Assembly (NCBI RefSeq): GCF_001194135.2
Contig: NC_068985.1
Span: forward strand, 121,471,551-121,535,550
Length of the DNA stretch: 64,000 nt
Direction of reading: 5' to 3'
From: Octopus bimaculoides
Taxonomy: Eukaryota
In this document: in pieces, positions 23,200 through 37,680 of the stretch
How the letters are laid out: each line of letters starts with the position of its first letter
Position numbering within the stretch: the stretch's first letter is position 1
Translations under genes and position numbers: made by a program
Notes under the pieces: model-generated
The model's database searches: none
Seen by the model: the letters and a program-made list of their open reading frames with translations, nothing else
Told to the model about the DNA's origin: nothing

Positions 23200-23770
23200 T
23201 GTACCAGTGTGGAAGACCAGCAACAGCAGAAGCAGCTGCCCCAAAGTGTCTACAAGACACTACCTGCCCCCAAGGCATGATACAGTTGCAAAGACTATTT
23301 ACAACACTCTGCATGCCCTGATATAGACATCAAAGGCTTGTCAGAACCAGCATGGATTCACACCTTTATAAACAAAAAATACTGGTGAAACACCCCACTA
23401 AAAAAAGCAATTTGGTGCAAACATAACAGACCTGATATTGTTCTGTGGGACAAGGTACAAAAGTCATGCACTGTTGTAGAGGTCAGCTGCCCAGCAGATG
23501 TGAACATACAATCAAAAGTTCAAGAAAAAGAGAACATTTCTGGTGAATTAATGCGGGACTTAAGTAATTGTACCCTGACTATAAAGTCTTGTTTGCACCT
23601 ATCAACATAGGTGCATTAAGCTATGTACCTACAAATTTACACAAAAACCTAGAAATACTAAGTTTTTCAAAGAAAGAGCAAAAAAAATACTGATGCAGAT
23701 TCTCCAAATCCAATCTATTAGCAGTACAGTGAAGATTTGTAATACATTCCAAAGATTCACTATCTGAGAT
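23200..23770 (+). mobile_element. R4/Dong/NeSL-like RLE non-LTR element 3' fragment
   Basis: RHDTVAKTIY..KHNRPDIVLWDKVQKSCTVVEVSCPADVN..KEN..PINIGAL, the RH..RPD..E/D..K RLE signature. Confidence 0.8.
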
Positions 23771-24576
23771 TCTTCAGATAAATAGGTGCACACACCTGGG
23801 TGTGTGCATTGATAACTCAACCAACGCACCAACTCAACACATGTTTATAAACATCAAGAACTCCCTTAACTCAAAAGTCTTGTCGTTTTGTTAGCAACCA
23901 GCTTGAACTATCTCAAGAAGAACTGAAATAAAACTCAGAGGAGAATTGTACATATTATGCCAGGTCACTTATGAGTGCTACTAGTAACATATAGTTTGAT
24001 AGGACTTGTATGGTTAGGTCATCAGCAACAAAACCAGTTCCCTTATCTGACTTACTAGGTAAGAAGGGTTACAAGAAATATTTGTCCAAAATAATTTACC
24101 CTATGTTGGGATGAACTCATTGATAAACTTTAAAATTCTGGATTAGTGTCCAGCAGGCTATTAGATCGCTGGGAGAAAGCACTGCTGAGTTTACTACACT
24201 AGTAGTGTAATTGGGTAGATAGTCTAGCTTAGTAGTATTGGAAAGCAGCCAGATCCAAAGAAGAGTATCTCAGAACATAAACACTTACTGCTTGTAAGAG
24301 CTTATGAGGGGGGGGGGGCAAGGGAGTCGACTCCAACAGTAAAGTGGGTCAGAAGAGTGTTCAGAATCCATTGACCTTCTCATCATGAAGAGGGTATGAA
24401 GGCACAATGAATGGGTTGTATCTGTGGCCCCAGATTCTCAGTGATAAGTGATAAGAAAGGGGACATTCATTCATTCAGCCATTTAGTTATGGTTCTCTAC
24501 ATTGTGTGTTCAAATCCCACAGAGGTCAGTTTTGCCTTTCATCCACCTTCCAAGATAAGTACTAGTCCAAGGTAGT

Positions 24577-24876
24577 CATCATCATCATCATCATCGTTTA
24601 ACGTCCGCTTTCCATGCTAGCATGGGTTGGACGATTTGACTGAGGACTGGTGAAACCGGATGGCAACACCAGGCTCCAATCTAATTTGGCAGAGTTTCTA
24701 CAGCTGGATGCCCTTCCTAACGCCAACCACTCAGAGAGTGTAGTGGGTGCTTTTACGTGTCACCCGCATGAAAACGGCCACGCTCGAAATGGTGTCTTTT
24801 ATGTGCCACCCGCACAAGCCAGTCCAGGGGCACTGGCAACGATCTCACTAGAAAATCCTACGGGAGCCAGTCAGGC
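24577..24876 (-). mobile_element. Young RTE 3' UTR/tail copy
   Basis: Near-identical to 59085-59390; runs into an N gap. Confidence 0.88.
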
Positions 24877-25989
24877 NNNNNNNNNNNNNNNNNNNNNNNN
24901 NNNNNNNNNNNNNNNNNNNNNNNNNNNNNNNNNNNNNNNNNNNNNNNNNNNNNNNNNNNNNNNNNNNNNNNNNNNNNNNNNNNNNNNNNNNNNNNNNNNN
25001 NNNNNNNNNNNNNNNNNNNNNNNNNNNNNNNCTTTATATCCTGACCCATGTTTTAATGCCAATTTCAAATGTTTTTAGTTTAAATTCAATGACTGGCACC
25101 TGAGCCAGCAGAGCGCTAAGAGCACCATCCGAGCGTGATCGTTGCCAGAGCAGCTGACTGGCTTCCGTGCTGGTGGCATGTAAAAAGCACCATTCGAGCA
25201 TGATCGTTACCAGTGTCACCTTACTGGCACTTGTGCCGTTGACACATGAAAAAAACATTCAAGCGAGGTCATTGCCAGTGCCGCTGGACTGGCTCTTGTG
25301 TAGGTGACATGTAGAAAACACTAAAGCATCAGCTAGCAATTGTGTACATAGCTTTTCATGTTCACATTGTCTGTCAGAATTGCCAACAACCGTCTAATAA
25401 ACTTTACATTTGTTGTTATTTTACTTTTACTAATATTAGGTCAACATTGGTTTATAACAATTTGTTAAGCAAAATAAATCAGATAATCATTGTCATCTGA
25501 GTTTCTGATACCATAATACAGTGAAAAATCAAGACTTTATTACAGAAAAACTAGATGTGATGGAGAAAAACTAATAACAGATCTGAAATCAGCATAAAAA
25601 ATTGCTAAAAAACTTACAAATACATTTAAACATCAAAAATCATGCAGACTTGTGTTATCATTATCATTATTACAGCACTAGCTGGCAGAATCGTTTGCAC
25701 GCTGGGCAAAATGCTTAGCAGCATTTCATCTGTCATTACATTCTGAGTTCAACTTCCATTGGGGTTGACGTCACCTTTCATCTTTATGTGGTCGATAAAA
25801 TAAGTACCAGTTAAATGCTGTGGCTGATGTAATTGACTTACTTCCTCTTCTGAAACTGCTGGCCTTGTGCCAAAATTATTATCATTACTATTATTATTAT
25901 TTCTTTTATCTCAGGTTTTGTTGGTACTCCTGGAGTCTTGTATGCGTAGCAGGTTTGCTGCCTGCAGCCTATGGTACCATGCTATCTGT

Positions 25990-26560
25990 TCTTTTTAACT
26001 AATACTTTCCTGATTATTCTGGCCGTGCCAAGGAGGCAAACCTTTTGTAACAGTTCTACTGTGCACTCTATTCCAATTTCCTTTATATTCTTCTTTATAC
26101 CTTCTGATGCTGTCTCCAAGGACCCAACAATAATCCGCACTATCTTCACCTTCTTCATTTTCCATAGCCAGGCTATTTCGTACTTAAGAGGGCTGTATTT
26201 ATTATCTATTTTTGTGCCTTCCTTCTTGACTATTCATGGGTCAGAGGGGCACACAACATCAACTATATAGCACATGTAGTGCACCATGTCCACCACCACT
26301 ACACCCAGTCAGTTATGCTCTAACACCTGATCTGTTTGAATTAAGAAATCCCAGAAGATTTTGCAAGTCTCCAAGTCTGCCACTCTCTGTGGTTTGTACT
26401 TATACCATGTCTTGCCTCTCTCTAGCCCCAACTTTTTGCACAGTTTCCAATGTAGTGCTTTCATAAGCTTATCATGTTGCCACAACTTGTAGTGGTTTTG
26501 GGCAATTCTAAGGCATTCATTAGTGATATAGGCAATGGTTTTGTTCACTCTATTACAGAT
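25990..26560 (-). mobile_element. R4/Dong-like RLE element 3' fragment
   Basis: HYKLWQHDKLMKALHWKLCKK..KIFWDFLIQTDQVLEHN..KYSPLKYEIAWLWKMKKVKIVRIIVGSLE..VCLLGTARIIRKVL. Confidence 0.85.
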
Positions 26561-26934
26561 GTTGCACGGCAGAGATACTTGCTCATTCTTAAGGTCAGTG
26601 ACACTTGCTCATTCATTATTATTATTATTATTATTATTATTTATTAAGCAGTGAGCTGGCAGAAATTTTATCTGTCCCTATACATATAAGCTCAAATTCT
26701 GTTGAGATGGACTTTGCCTTTCATCTTCTAGGGATGAATAAGATACTTATTAGTTGAGCACTGAGGTTGACATAATCGACTAGTACCCTACCATGCAAAA
26801 ATAAAAAATACAGACCTTGTGCCTTTAGTAGAAAGAACTATTATTTAGTAGAAAATTTTTTTAATTATTATCATTATCATTTACTTTTAATCTGTATGTT
26901 TGTTACAATCACTTGCCAAAATACACACAGCATC

Positions 26935-27720
<786 letters not shown>

Positions 27721-29534
27721 TTTGTTCTGGCTCTACAGCAGTGAGGTGGCACAATTGTTAACATGCCAGGAAAAATTGCTTAGTGGCATTTTGTCCGTCT
27801 TTACATCCTGAGTTCAAATTCCGCCAAGGTCAACTTTGCCTTTCATCCTTTCAGGATTGATAAAATAAGGACAAGTTGAGCAGTGGGGTTGATGTAACTG
27901 ACTTACCCCTCTTCCAAAATTGCTAGTCTTGTGCCAAAATGTGAAACCAATATTTGATCTGGTTCTTTGCATTATGAATTCAAATCCCAGTGAGGCCTAC
28001 ATGAGTGGTTAACTTAAGCTATTGCCCACTCTCATCAGGAGTTAAGGGCACATCCTTCTTATACTGTGGTTTCAAATTTTGCAGATGGCTATCTTCACGT
28101 TAAGCCCTATAAAATTAATAAATTAAGTAGCACTAATATTTTGGGTGAGGGCAATATTCAATCGATTATATCTCCTGTTCCTCTCATTTAACTAATTGAC
28201 TTATGTGGGAACCCAAGCCAATGAGACAGTCTCTTTGAAATCAGATGACCTGCCAGAAATACCGGCCAAATTTTCCCCCATTTGCACCTTGTTGTTCTAA
28301 CAAAAAGGCAGGAGACATTGAACAATGTGCTTCTTGATACACAAAAAGACAGAATGGCCATAACTGGAACACATTTGATTATATACATTACATACAGTGA
28401 ATTAGAAGAGTCATTAAAGGATCGGACTAGATGCTTTGTAGGATTTATTCAGGATGAGGTCAACTTGTCTTTCATCTCCTTTAGATGATAAATAAAGTAA
28501 CAGGTTAGGGTCGGTGGATCTGTGGGGAAGCAGAATCACTAGAGCATCCTTTTTAATCCTGCAGCTCTAATTATAAATTCAAATCCTGCCATGACCTCTT
28601 TGGGTAGTAGACTTAATCTGTCTCTCAGTAAAACACCACCAGCTGGTTATTAGATGCTGTCAGTGAAATCTAGCCTGCTGCAAGCTCTTAAGACAGGTTC
28701 CAACTAAGAGGATGCTTTTTTCCCTTCAGTCATTGAATGCTGTAGAGGATCCTAGCTGATCTGAAGTTAACACTTTTGTTACCATATTTCAGGTGAAGTA
28801 TACTGCCTTTGTTTCGATTAATTCTTAAAATAATGTAGAATTTGGTTACATAAATTTGTGGTTATTAAGTAGGTGTTTAGAAAATGAATTAGCATATATT
28901 TCAATAGAAGGCTTTAATGTAAATAACTTTAAAATGAGAAATTTGTATCGTAAAACTAAGAGGCTGTCTCAGAGGGTGTGGTTCGTATCAAAAGAGTTAA
29001 ATAAACAACAACAATTGGTTTCACAATAAATCCCTATTTAGTATATAATCCCTATTGTATCCCCAAATACTCTCATTATTTCACATTCTAAACAACATCA
29101 TATGCTTGTCACGAACCTCTTTCAGGCATTTCTTTAATTACAGTCATCACAAGCCAATGAAAAAAAGAAAGAAAAAGGCAATATATAATAAGTTATAATT
29201 AGTAAGCTCTGTGTTAATATCTTCATAAAAAGGGAAGAAAAAGAGTAAAAATAAGAGATAGAGTGGGAAGAGAGAGAGAGAGAGAGAGAGTGAGGGAGAG
29301 AGAGAGGCAGTGGGAGAGGGGGAGAAAGAGTGAGGAAGAGAGAGGAAAAGTGACAAAACCACGAGTTGAGTCACATCTATATTTAATGTCAACTATTTCA
29401 TTTTGTTTTGGTTCGGCAAGGTTAAACAATTTAGTATATTTTAGTACATGTACTGCCAAACATATTCATGTTCCTTTCTCACCAGCATGTATATCTATAT
29501 GCATGTGTATGTATATCTATGTGCATGTATGAGT

Positions 29535-29580
<46 letters not shown>

Positions 29581-29654
29581 AGGGTGGACCAAAAGTCATG
29601 CACCATAACACCAACATTTTATTTATGTTATATTATCATTTTGATTATTCATTT

Positions 29655-29981
29655 ATTCTTTTACTTGTTTCAGTCATTTGACTGCAGCCATGCTGNNNNN
29701 NNNNNNNNNNNNNNNNNNNNNNNNNNNNNNNNNNNNNNNNNNNNNNNNNNNNNNNNNNNNNNNNNNNNNNNNNNNNNNNNNNNNNNNNNNNNNNNNNNNN
29801 NNNNNNNNNNNNNNNNNNNNNNNNNNNNNNNNNNNNNNNNNNNNNNNNNNNNNNNNNNNNNNNNNNNNNNNNNNNNNNNNNNNNNNNNNNNNNNNNNNNN
29901 NNNNNNNNNNNNNNNNNNNNNNNNNNNNNNNNNNNNNNNNNNNNNNNNNNNNNNNNNNNNNNNNNNNNNNNNNNNNNNNTA

Positions 29982-30015
<34 letters not shown>

Positions 30016-30175
30016 ACAGGCTTCTTCCAGTTTCCATCAACCAAATCCACTCACAAGGCTTTGGTTGGCCCGAGGCTATCGTAGAAAACAATTGTCCAAG
30101 GTGCCATGCAGTGGGACTGAACATGGAAGTATGTGGTTTGGAAGCAAGCTTCTTACCACACAGCCATGCCAGCAC
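29655..30175 (-). mobile_element. Family-A SINE spanning an N gap
   Basis: Tail at 29655-29695 and head at 30015-30170 in the same orientation. Confidence 0.8.
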
Positions 30176-30744
30176 CCTCCACACAGCCACACCTGCACCC
30201 TCCATACAGTCACAACTGCACCCATAATAATCATTATTGTTATTACTACAACCATTAAGCTAGTGAGTTGGTAGAATCATTAGCATGATGGGCAAAATGC
30301 ATAGCAATATTTCGTCCATTTTGAGTTCAAATTCCACCGAGGTCGACTTTGCCTTTCATCCTTCTGGGGACAATAAATTAAGTTTTAGTAAAACGCAGGT
30401 GTAGATGTAATTGACTAGTCATCTCCCACCAAAATTTCATGCCTTGTGCCTTTAGTGGAAAGGACTATTATTATTATCGTTATTATTATTCATTTTGTTT
30501 GCCATGTGCAAGTATGCATGTATTCTTCATTATTTTATTTATTTTATTCAATTTTGGAAAAATTAAAGTATGTCTAACAATTCCAGAGGGTATTAAACTT
30601 ATTTTGCACATGACTGTTGTATGTCTGTCTGTCTGTATGTATGTATGTATGTGTGTGCATATGTATGTATGTATGTATGTATGTATACACACACACACAT
30701 ATATATATATGGTGGTTGTCTACTCCTTATGCAGAGTTTGACCA

Positions 30745-31050
30745 TCTCCTGTACCTACACCTTAGAACCTCAGGCATCTGATGTAGCTTTTTAAACCAGT
30801 CAATGTTTTAAAAAGACACCCATATAGATTGCATATTTGATTTGGACCACGAAGAGCTGCAGATAAGTTCTGAGCTTTGTGGATCTTAAAATGTCTTTTG
30901 AGGCCTCTGTTAGATTTGCAAAACTTCTGGCATACATTGCATTGAAAGGTGTGCACAGATATATAGGCAGAATGGTTGGTGGAGTTTCATTTTCCATGGG
31001 TTCACAAATGAGATTTAAGTCCAGCAAAAGGATGGCATGGTCTGTCACAA
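30745..31050 (-). mobile_element. Probable LINE 3' end with a C2H2 zinc finger (RTE-like)
   Basis: FQCNVCQKFCKSNRGLKRHFKIH plus a second decayed finger. No splice context. Confidence 0.5.
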
Positions 31051-31492
31051 ACATGTGTGTGTGTGTGTGTGTGTGTATGTGTGTGTGTGTGCGTGTGTGT
31101 GTGTGTGAAGTTAACAGATGATATCCAATGATTCTCAGTATAGAAAACAGTAGCATTCAAACGATTTGAACTTAGAATCTAATTATGAGGCACCAATTCC
31201 ACAGAGTAAAGAATGGCTATAAGAGAAATCAAGGTGGCTGGACCCGTGAAAAATTGATGGAAAATATAAAAAATGTAAGCATTTGTAAATTGTGTGCTGG
31301 TGCCATGAGAAATGTTCCTGTATAGTGTCAGTTACAGAATATAGAAAGATGTGTGAAACCAATAACAATATAATCCAACCAAAATGTCTGTTACGTAAAC
31401 GTAAACAGAATTACTATTTAGCCTTAAAATACATCGCACATTTTCAAAGAACCTTCTTAGCTTATTGGTATGGAACGTTCTTCTGATATTCT

Positions 31493-31712
31493 TTTACTTG
31501 TTTCAGTCATTTGATGGTGGCCATGCTGGAGCACCACCGTTTAGTTGAAGAAATCAACCCCTGGACTTATTCCCTGTAAACCTGGTGCTTATTCTATCAG
31601 TCTCTTCTGCCGAACAGCTAAGTTATGGGGACACAAACATTGGTTTTCAAACAATGGTAGTGGGGGAACAAACACACACATAAAAATATTATATATATAT
31701 ATATATATACAT

Positions 31713-31809
<97 letters not shown>

Positions 31810-32070
31810 AGCAATAATAAATCTCTGAGCAAGATGTAAATAGTAGCCGCACAGAATTGTGAAGTATATTTTCCACCTAAATGTGGCAGACCCATAGGGG
31901 ATGATGCTACTGTTGTTTTGCTCGACAAAAGGCAGTGCTCCAGCATGGCCGCAGTCAAATGACTGAAACAGGTAAAAGAGTAAAGAGTATATATGACAGG
32001 CTTCTTTCAGTTTCTGTCTACCAAATTCACTGACAAGGCTTTGGTCAGCCTGAGGCTATAACAGAAGACG
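31493..32070 (-). mobile_element. Family-A SINE with a nested inverted tail in its internal (AT)n tract
   Basis: Minus-strand tail at 31493-31690, plus-strand tail at ~31920-31985, minus-strand head resuming at 31995-32070. Confidence 0.75.
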
Positions 32071-32754
32071 CTCTTTAAAGTATAGAGTTGAATTTCGTGT
32101 AGCCACCTGTTAGCAACTTTTCTCCCCCACCTATTTTGTAGGGGATATTACCCATTTTTCTGGGCTCTTTTCACAGCTATACCCCGTTCAAAATTTGAAT
32201 TAGATTTTGTGTGAAAAAAAATGAAAGGAGTGAGGGGGGGGGGGCTTGTTTATAGTTTGTAGAGAAAACGTTAAACATGCCTGAAAAAAATATAGTCTTT
32301 CCCTTCCCCAAATAAAAGACACAAAGATCTATGAAAAAAGGCAAATAAGTACCGGGGGTGGAGGAAAGAAGAGAGAACTAACAGTCAATCGCTGTAGAAC
32401 TCTCAAAATAAAAACATAAACACCTGAAAACCTTAGCTTCTATACATTACTGAATGCGTTTCCCTCTTTATCTGTCTCTCTCTGTTTTTTTTTTATGTTT
32501 TCCTCCTTTGTATATATATGTTTACCATACTCTTTCTCACTCTTCCCTCTGTATATCTCTCATGCATGCTGATCCCACCTCTCTCTCTTGGCATGCTTTC
32601 ATTTTGTTTAAAATTTCTTTGCTGTAATGTTTACTTTCATTTTGTGATAGACAGCTATCCCACAAAATGTTAGCTTCCAAATCCTGTTTTCTGACTGGAT
32701 TAAAATTATCAAATTTTAAACCATCAGTAATATTTTTTTTAAATCTCTCTGAAA

Positions 32755-33100
32755 TAATGTTTATTGCTACCTAAATGTTCATGTTCTATAAGAACACATG
32801 CTACTGCTATTTTAATCCCAGGAGGACACCTCCTCCAGCTGGTTATTTAGTGCACTTCACACTCAATATATATTGCAAGCAGGGAGAGAACTCCCTACAA
32901 TTCTAGCTCGGAGACCACCAGATCATATGATTTCAACCTCAGTGATGGATACTTGTCTGCTAGATATAGCATTAGTTCCTGGTTTGCTAGTTGCAAAATC
33001 AGTGGCTGTGTGACACTGTTTTTCAATATATTGCAGGGATTAAAATAGCAGTATCATCTGTTATTATAGAACACCCATGTTTAAGTGGCAATAAACATTA
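32755..33100. mobile_element. MITE with ~65-bp terminal inverted repeats
   Basis: taatgtttattgctacctaaatg..ctgctattttaatccc (32755-32819) versus gggattaaaatagcag..gtggcaataaacatta (33036-33100). TA at both ends. Confidence 0.8.
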
Positions 33101-34544
33101 CTTCTCAGTATAAATACTGCTTTTGTCTCTAAGCACACAGGAGCCTCCATTGCACAGATGCAGTAAACAATGCCCCATTTCAATCCAAACGATTTCAATT
33201 TCCAATGAGTCCTAGTTTTGCCATGTCCATCAACAAATCACAAGGGCAAACATTTTCAGTTGCTGGTCTACACCTTGAAGAGCTCTGCTTCACTCATGGT
33301 CAGTTTTATATTGGATGTTCAAGAGTAGGAAGTACTGTAAAAACCCATGTAAATTGTGCACCTGTGTAAGTTACGCAGGTGATTTTCGGGATAAAATTTA
33401 TTAAAAAAAGCTTCTACTCATGTAAAATTCGCACCCAAAAGTTTTCAGAATTGCCAACAAAGGTCTTCAATTTAGTTGTATTTAGCATAATTTCACTTAC
33501 TTATGATTAGATTTTATTAAATTTTCATTAAAAAAATGAAATTTCTGTTTAACAAGTATCACATTGAAAGCTTTTAAATTACAAAGTGTTTGTATTGTTT
33601 ATAATAAACTTTATTTTACATTTCTTGCCCACAAGAGATTATGTCCGATCTTTAGCATACTGCTGTATGTCTTCTCAAACCATGATCACAGGAAAAATTG
33701 TTAAGAATTACCAACAAAAACAAAGCTGAAAGTTAAGTTTAATTACCAATAAACATCAGCTTGGATGACTCAAGCGACAGAGGAAGGTGACCAATCAAAC
33801 TGTAAACAGAATTATTTCCTGCCTATTCTTGACAGAACCTATGATACAGAGTATCAAAATTTGAATCCCTTTCACTCTTATAATGTCAAGCAAACTTAAA
33901 AATTTGTCATTACTGTTATTGTCAGCATGGGCAGAACTTATGAATTGTTTACTGCGAAGAAGAAATTAAATATAACTCCAAGCAATGTAAAATATAGCCT
34001 GGACCATGTTTACCAGCATGAACACCAGACTTCAAAAAGTAGTTAACCATTTAATGGTTTTAGTAAATTTATACAGAAAAAGTAAGCATTATACCATCTA
34101 GCATAAATAAAAGTCAACTTCACATTTAAGCCATTATTTTTTCTGTAAAAACCTTTTCTGACATTAAATAAGTCAACTTCCGGTATGAATGCTTACATTT
34201 TGTATGTCTTTTTGCAACAAAAAAATTTCAAAAAAAATTCTGGAAACGATCTACATACACATGTAATTCACACACCCCCTAAAGTTTATTTTTGCATAAA
34301 AAAGTGCGTAAATAACATGGGTTTTTATGGTAAGTAAAATCTTTACATCTATGCACCAAATAGAAAAAGAAAAAGCTTCTTTTATCAAGACATTATAAAC
34401 TGCCAAAAAATACTGCAGAAATTTGTCCTGATCAAGACGCCTATCCATAGGGGAAGACATGGTCTGACATAGAAGAAAAAAAAGAATTGAAATAAAGGTA
34501 TTCTACTGTGAAAATTGTCCAGCAATGCCAGGTTACTCAGCTAG
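33101..34544 (+). mobile_element. Helitron 3' fragment (PIF1-like helicase C-terminus plus CTAG terminus)
   Basis: 33175-33332: PFQSKRFQFPMSPSFAMSINKSQGQTFSVAGLHLEELCFTHGQFYIGCSRVGS. Resumes after 34332 as NLYIYAPNRK. Ends gtccagcaatgccaggttactcagCTAG|T at 34544. Confidence 0.9.
33333..34332. mobile_element. Non-autonomous pogo/Tc1-mariner-like element inserted in the Helitron
   Basis: TA-ctgtaaaaacccatgtaaatt ... aaataacatgggtttttatgg-TA: imperfect TIRs and TA TSD. It splits the Helitron reading frame cleanly. Confidence 0.8.
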
Positions 34545-35634
34545 TATAATATATAACATATATCATATATATAATATGCATGCATGTATATATATCATCA
34601 TCATCATCATCATCGTTTAACGTCCGCTTTCTATGCTAGCATTGTATATGTACACAGTCCACTTTTTGTTTTCTTTACCTGCCACAGAGTGCTTGAAGTT
34701 TACAAACTTCCTACACTTGGATCTTACTCTTATATATTGATATATGTGTATGTGTGTGTGTGTATATATGTAAGTTAGTGAGTGCCTCTATGCCTGTTCT
34801 CATGCTGCTGGAAAACTGGTGCTGGTTTGTCTCCTTAACTTAGCAATTTGGCATAGAGATCAACAGAATAATTACCAGACTTTAAAGAAAATAAGTTTGG
34901 GGGCAATTTGTTCGAAAAGACCCTTCAAATGGTGACTCACCATGGCTATTGTGCAATTACTGTAACAAGTAAAAGATAAAATATAAATTAGAATCTAATC
35001 ATGTGCGATGAGTCCCAATGTCTCATCTATTTCTTTTTTGTATTTTTAGTGTGACTAAATATGATTTTTTGTTGCATGCATAACGAGATTGACAAAATGC
35101 AGAGAATGATTGACCTTCCACGTACTGTAAACCAATTTAATAAATGGTGTTGCATGACACCATTAATCTAGAAAGCACTTACATTACAAGCTGTTCCTTG
35201 ATAAAAGAATGCTGTACATCTAACAGCATTACACTTCTTTATCTACAGAAGACATGGCAACCTGGGGAACTTTCTGAATGGCCTGCCTAACAAAAAATTG
35301 CCTGATGAGGAAACATTTTCCATGCGGTTCGCATCTCGAAAAAGGTTGCCTACGCCTGACTTACAACAATCAGAAATCACTGGCATAACTACATAAGTGT
35401 GCCCGACTACGACTTTATTGTCTCACGTCTTCCCATTGCTCCACCCCCATTAAGGTATGATATAATCGTAATCTACACCATCTGAAAGTTATTTGTAGAA
35501 AATTTCATCAAAGAATTATCCATTTTTCTGAGAGTTTACGAGGAAACAAAGTCGGCTGATGGTCACCTTATATAGGTATGCCAAGACATTTTGTAGGTCC
35601 AACTTAAAAACTTCCAGCTGTTAATCGTTTAAAC

Positions 35635-35942
35635 CAGGGGTTCTCAACCATTTTTTTTTTATCTACAGACCCCTTTTTTCACTATTTTATCCAGGTAGAT
35701 CCCCATAGTCATTCGATGTTTATAGAGTAGTTTTATAGAAACTTCTTTCAAAATTCCTGTTTTGTTTTTAACAATTGTGTAGGGTGAACTATATAAAACG
35801 TTTCTTGCAATAAATACCAATACATACATATAAAGCAAAATTTTTTCAGGGGTCTTTATAATACTATTGTAGATCTCCAGTTTACTGTTCTGTTGCATGG
35901 ACCCCTCAAAAAATTTATGTAGACCTCAGTTGAGAATCAATA
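35635..35942. mobile_element. hAT (Charlie-like) MITE, 308 bp
   Basis: TIR caggggttctcaac / gttgagaatcaata; 8-bp TSD gtttaaac (35627-34) / gtttaaaa (35943-50). Confidence 0.78.
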
Positions 35943-36299
35943 GTTTAAAACTATTTTCTTTCACCATTCGATGATACGCTTGAGTAATTAAGTTATGCTT
36001 CGCTCATGTTAAAAGTAATTAAAAGTCATGCTTTGCTCACGTTAATTAAACACGCAATCAAAATGTATGGTCGATCCAACAACTATAACACTGTCACACT
36101 AGTTGTTTTCTTGAATCGAGCCGGCATTCTACTGTCTATTATTTTACTTCCTTTTTTACTAGTTTCATTTTGTAGGGAAACAAGCGCACATCCGTATTGC
36201 TTAGGAAAGTCACTTTCATTTTTTAGTCAAAGAAAACACCTACTTTTGATAGAGAAAATACTTTCACTTTCATAGGACTCTGGAAACTATTAGACGTCG

Positions 36300-36780
36300 T
36301 GGTTTCTGTGGATCACATTTTAAATATTATGGAATGAAAAATGACGTTTTCTTAAAAAATGAAGTTGATTAGTGAAGTCAATGATGTCTCTCATTCTCAA
36401 TTTTATTCTATTGGAAGAAGGAAAAAATAATTGCTTCTGTATTACAATTTTACGTGGGCTGAATGCGGCTGAGGAACCTAGAAAAAAAAAATCCTGGAAG
36501 AATGTCGAATGACCATAGACCAACGGAATGGATCGGGGAGCAAAACTAATTGACATTGTCAAATTTATAAAATCGTTAAAATGGAAATGAGGTACACACG
36601 TCCACAGTATGGGTGACAACAGGACAAAACAGTTAATAGACTGGATTACAAGAGATGAGAAAATAAATAAATTAAATAAATTTCACAAAAATTGGAGATC
36701 CGAAACTCAAATTGGAAAAATATGGGGAATTACAAAAGAAAGCCTTTTACTCGGTTATGGGAAAATATTGTCCTTTGAGA
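36300..36780 (+). mobile_element. Highly decayed RTE LINE fragment
   Basis: IKSLKWK*GTHVHSMGDNRTKQLIDWITRD resembles LKWxWAGHxxRxxDNRWTKxxxxWxPR. Confidence 0.55.
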
Positions 36781-36856
36781 GAGAAGAATAAAAAAGGAAG
36801 ACTCAACTATAAACTGTGATCTGCCAAAAGCTAACGACAAGAAGGCGCGCTATAAC

Positions 36857-36890
<34 letters not shown>

Positions 36891-37594
36891 TCTGTCCACA
36901 TAGAGAGTAACCATAAAATATTTAGAAGAAATAAAACCCAACTGATCCAAACGATCGCCAATATACATGCTTACATTCACACAGCATTCCCAAAAATATA
37001 ATTACAGTAACAAAAGTCAAAAGAGCCAGTTTGGAGACAACGACAGACCTGGAGTAATGAAAGGACATCATTGGTGAGGTCATGAATAGCAACGAAATGA
37101 TTGATAGATCGAACTGATTTGTTAATTGCTTAATTAGTTTGCAAGTGGACTAATAATAACAAAAGTTGAAATTGAACCAATGCATGTACCTGTTATTGGC
37201 AAAATGACCCCCACCCCCACTACAAGATACAACAGCGATGACTATTTTAACTGTCAAAGAAACTGGCACAAACGAATCTAAAATCCTAGCTTCAGACAAT
37301 GTATTTTATGTATCTTAAATAAAGATACACTGGACAATGTAATAAGTTCCCGATACACGAAACAGTTGGGATAGGCACAGCTAGAATGCCTATAATCATA
37401 AGTCTGTTCGCTCGATCAGATCTGATCTGGGGTTAATCAAACAAAAAAAAAATATTAAAACGAGTCGACGAAGAAGCCAATGGTCAAGGGCAAATTGCAA
37501 GCGAAAGACTGCATGCGACACGTAAAACTTTCTGAACGGCACGCCTGATTTCACGAGGAAAATAACATTTTTTTTAGTAGTGCGGCCTGCCTGA

Positions 37595-37680
37595 TGATAG
37601 ACCACGTCTCATGCGGCCCGCTTGATAAAGAGTCACGTTTTATGCGGCCCGTTTCTCGAAAAAAGGTTGTCCATGCTTGC
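37595..37680. mobile_element. hAT MITE right-end remnant
   Basis: Repeated gcggccc(g) motifs followed by aaaaaggttgtccatgcttg. A similar end aaaaaggttgcctacgcctg lies at ~35340-35362. Confidence 0.5.
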
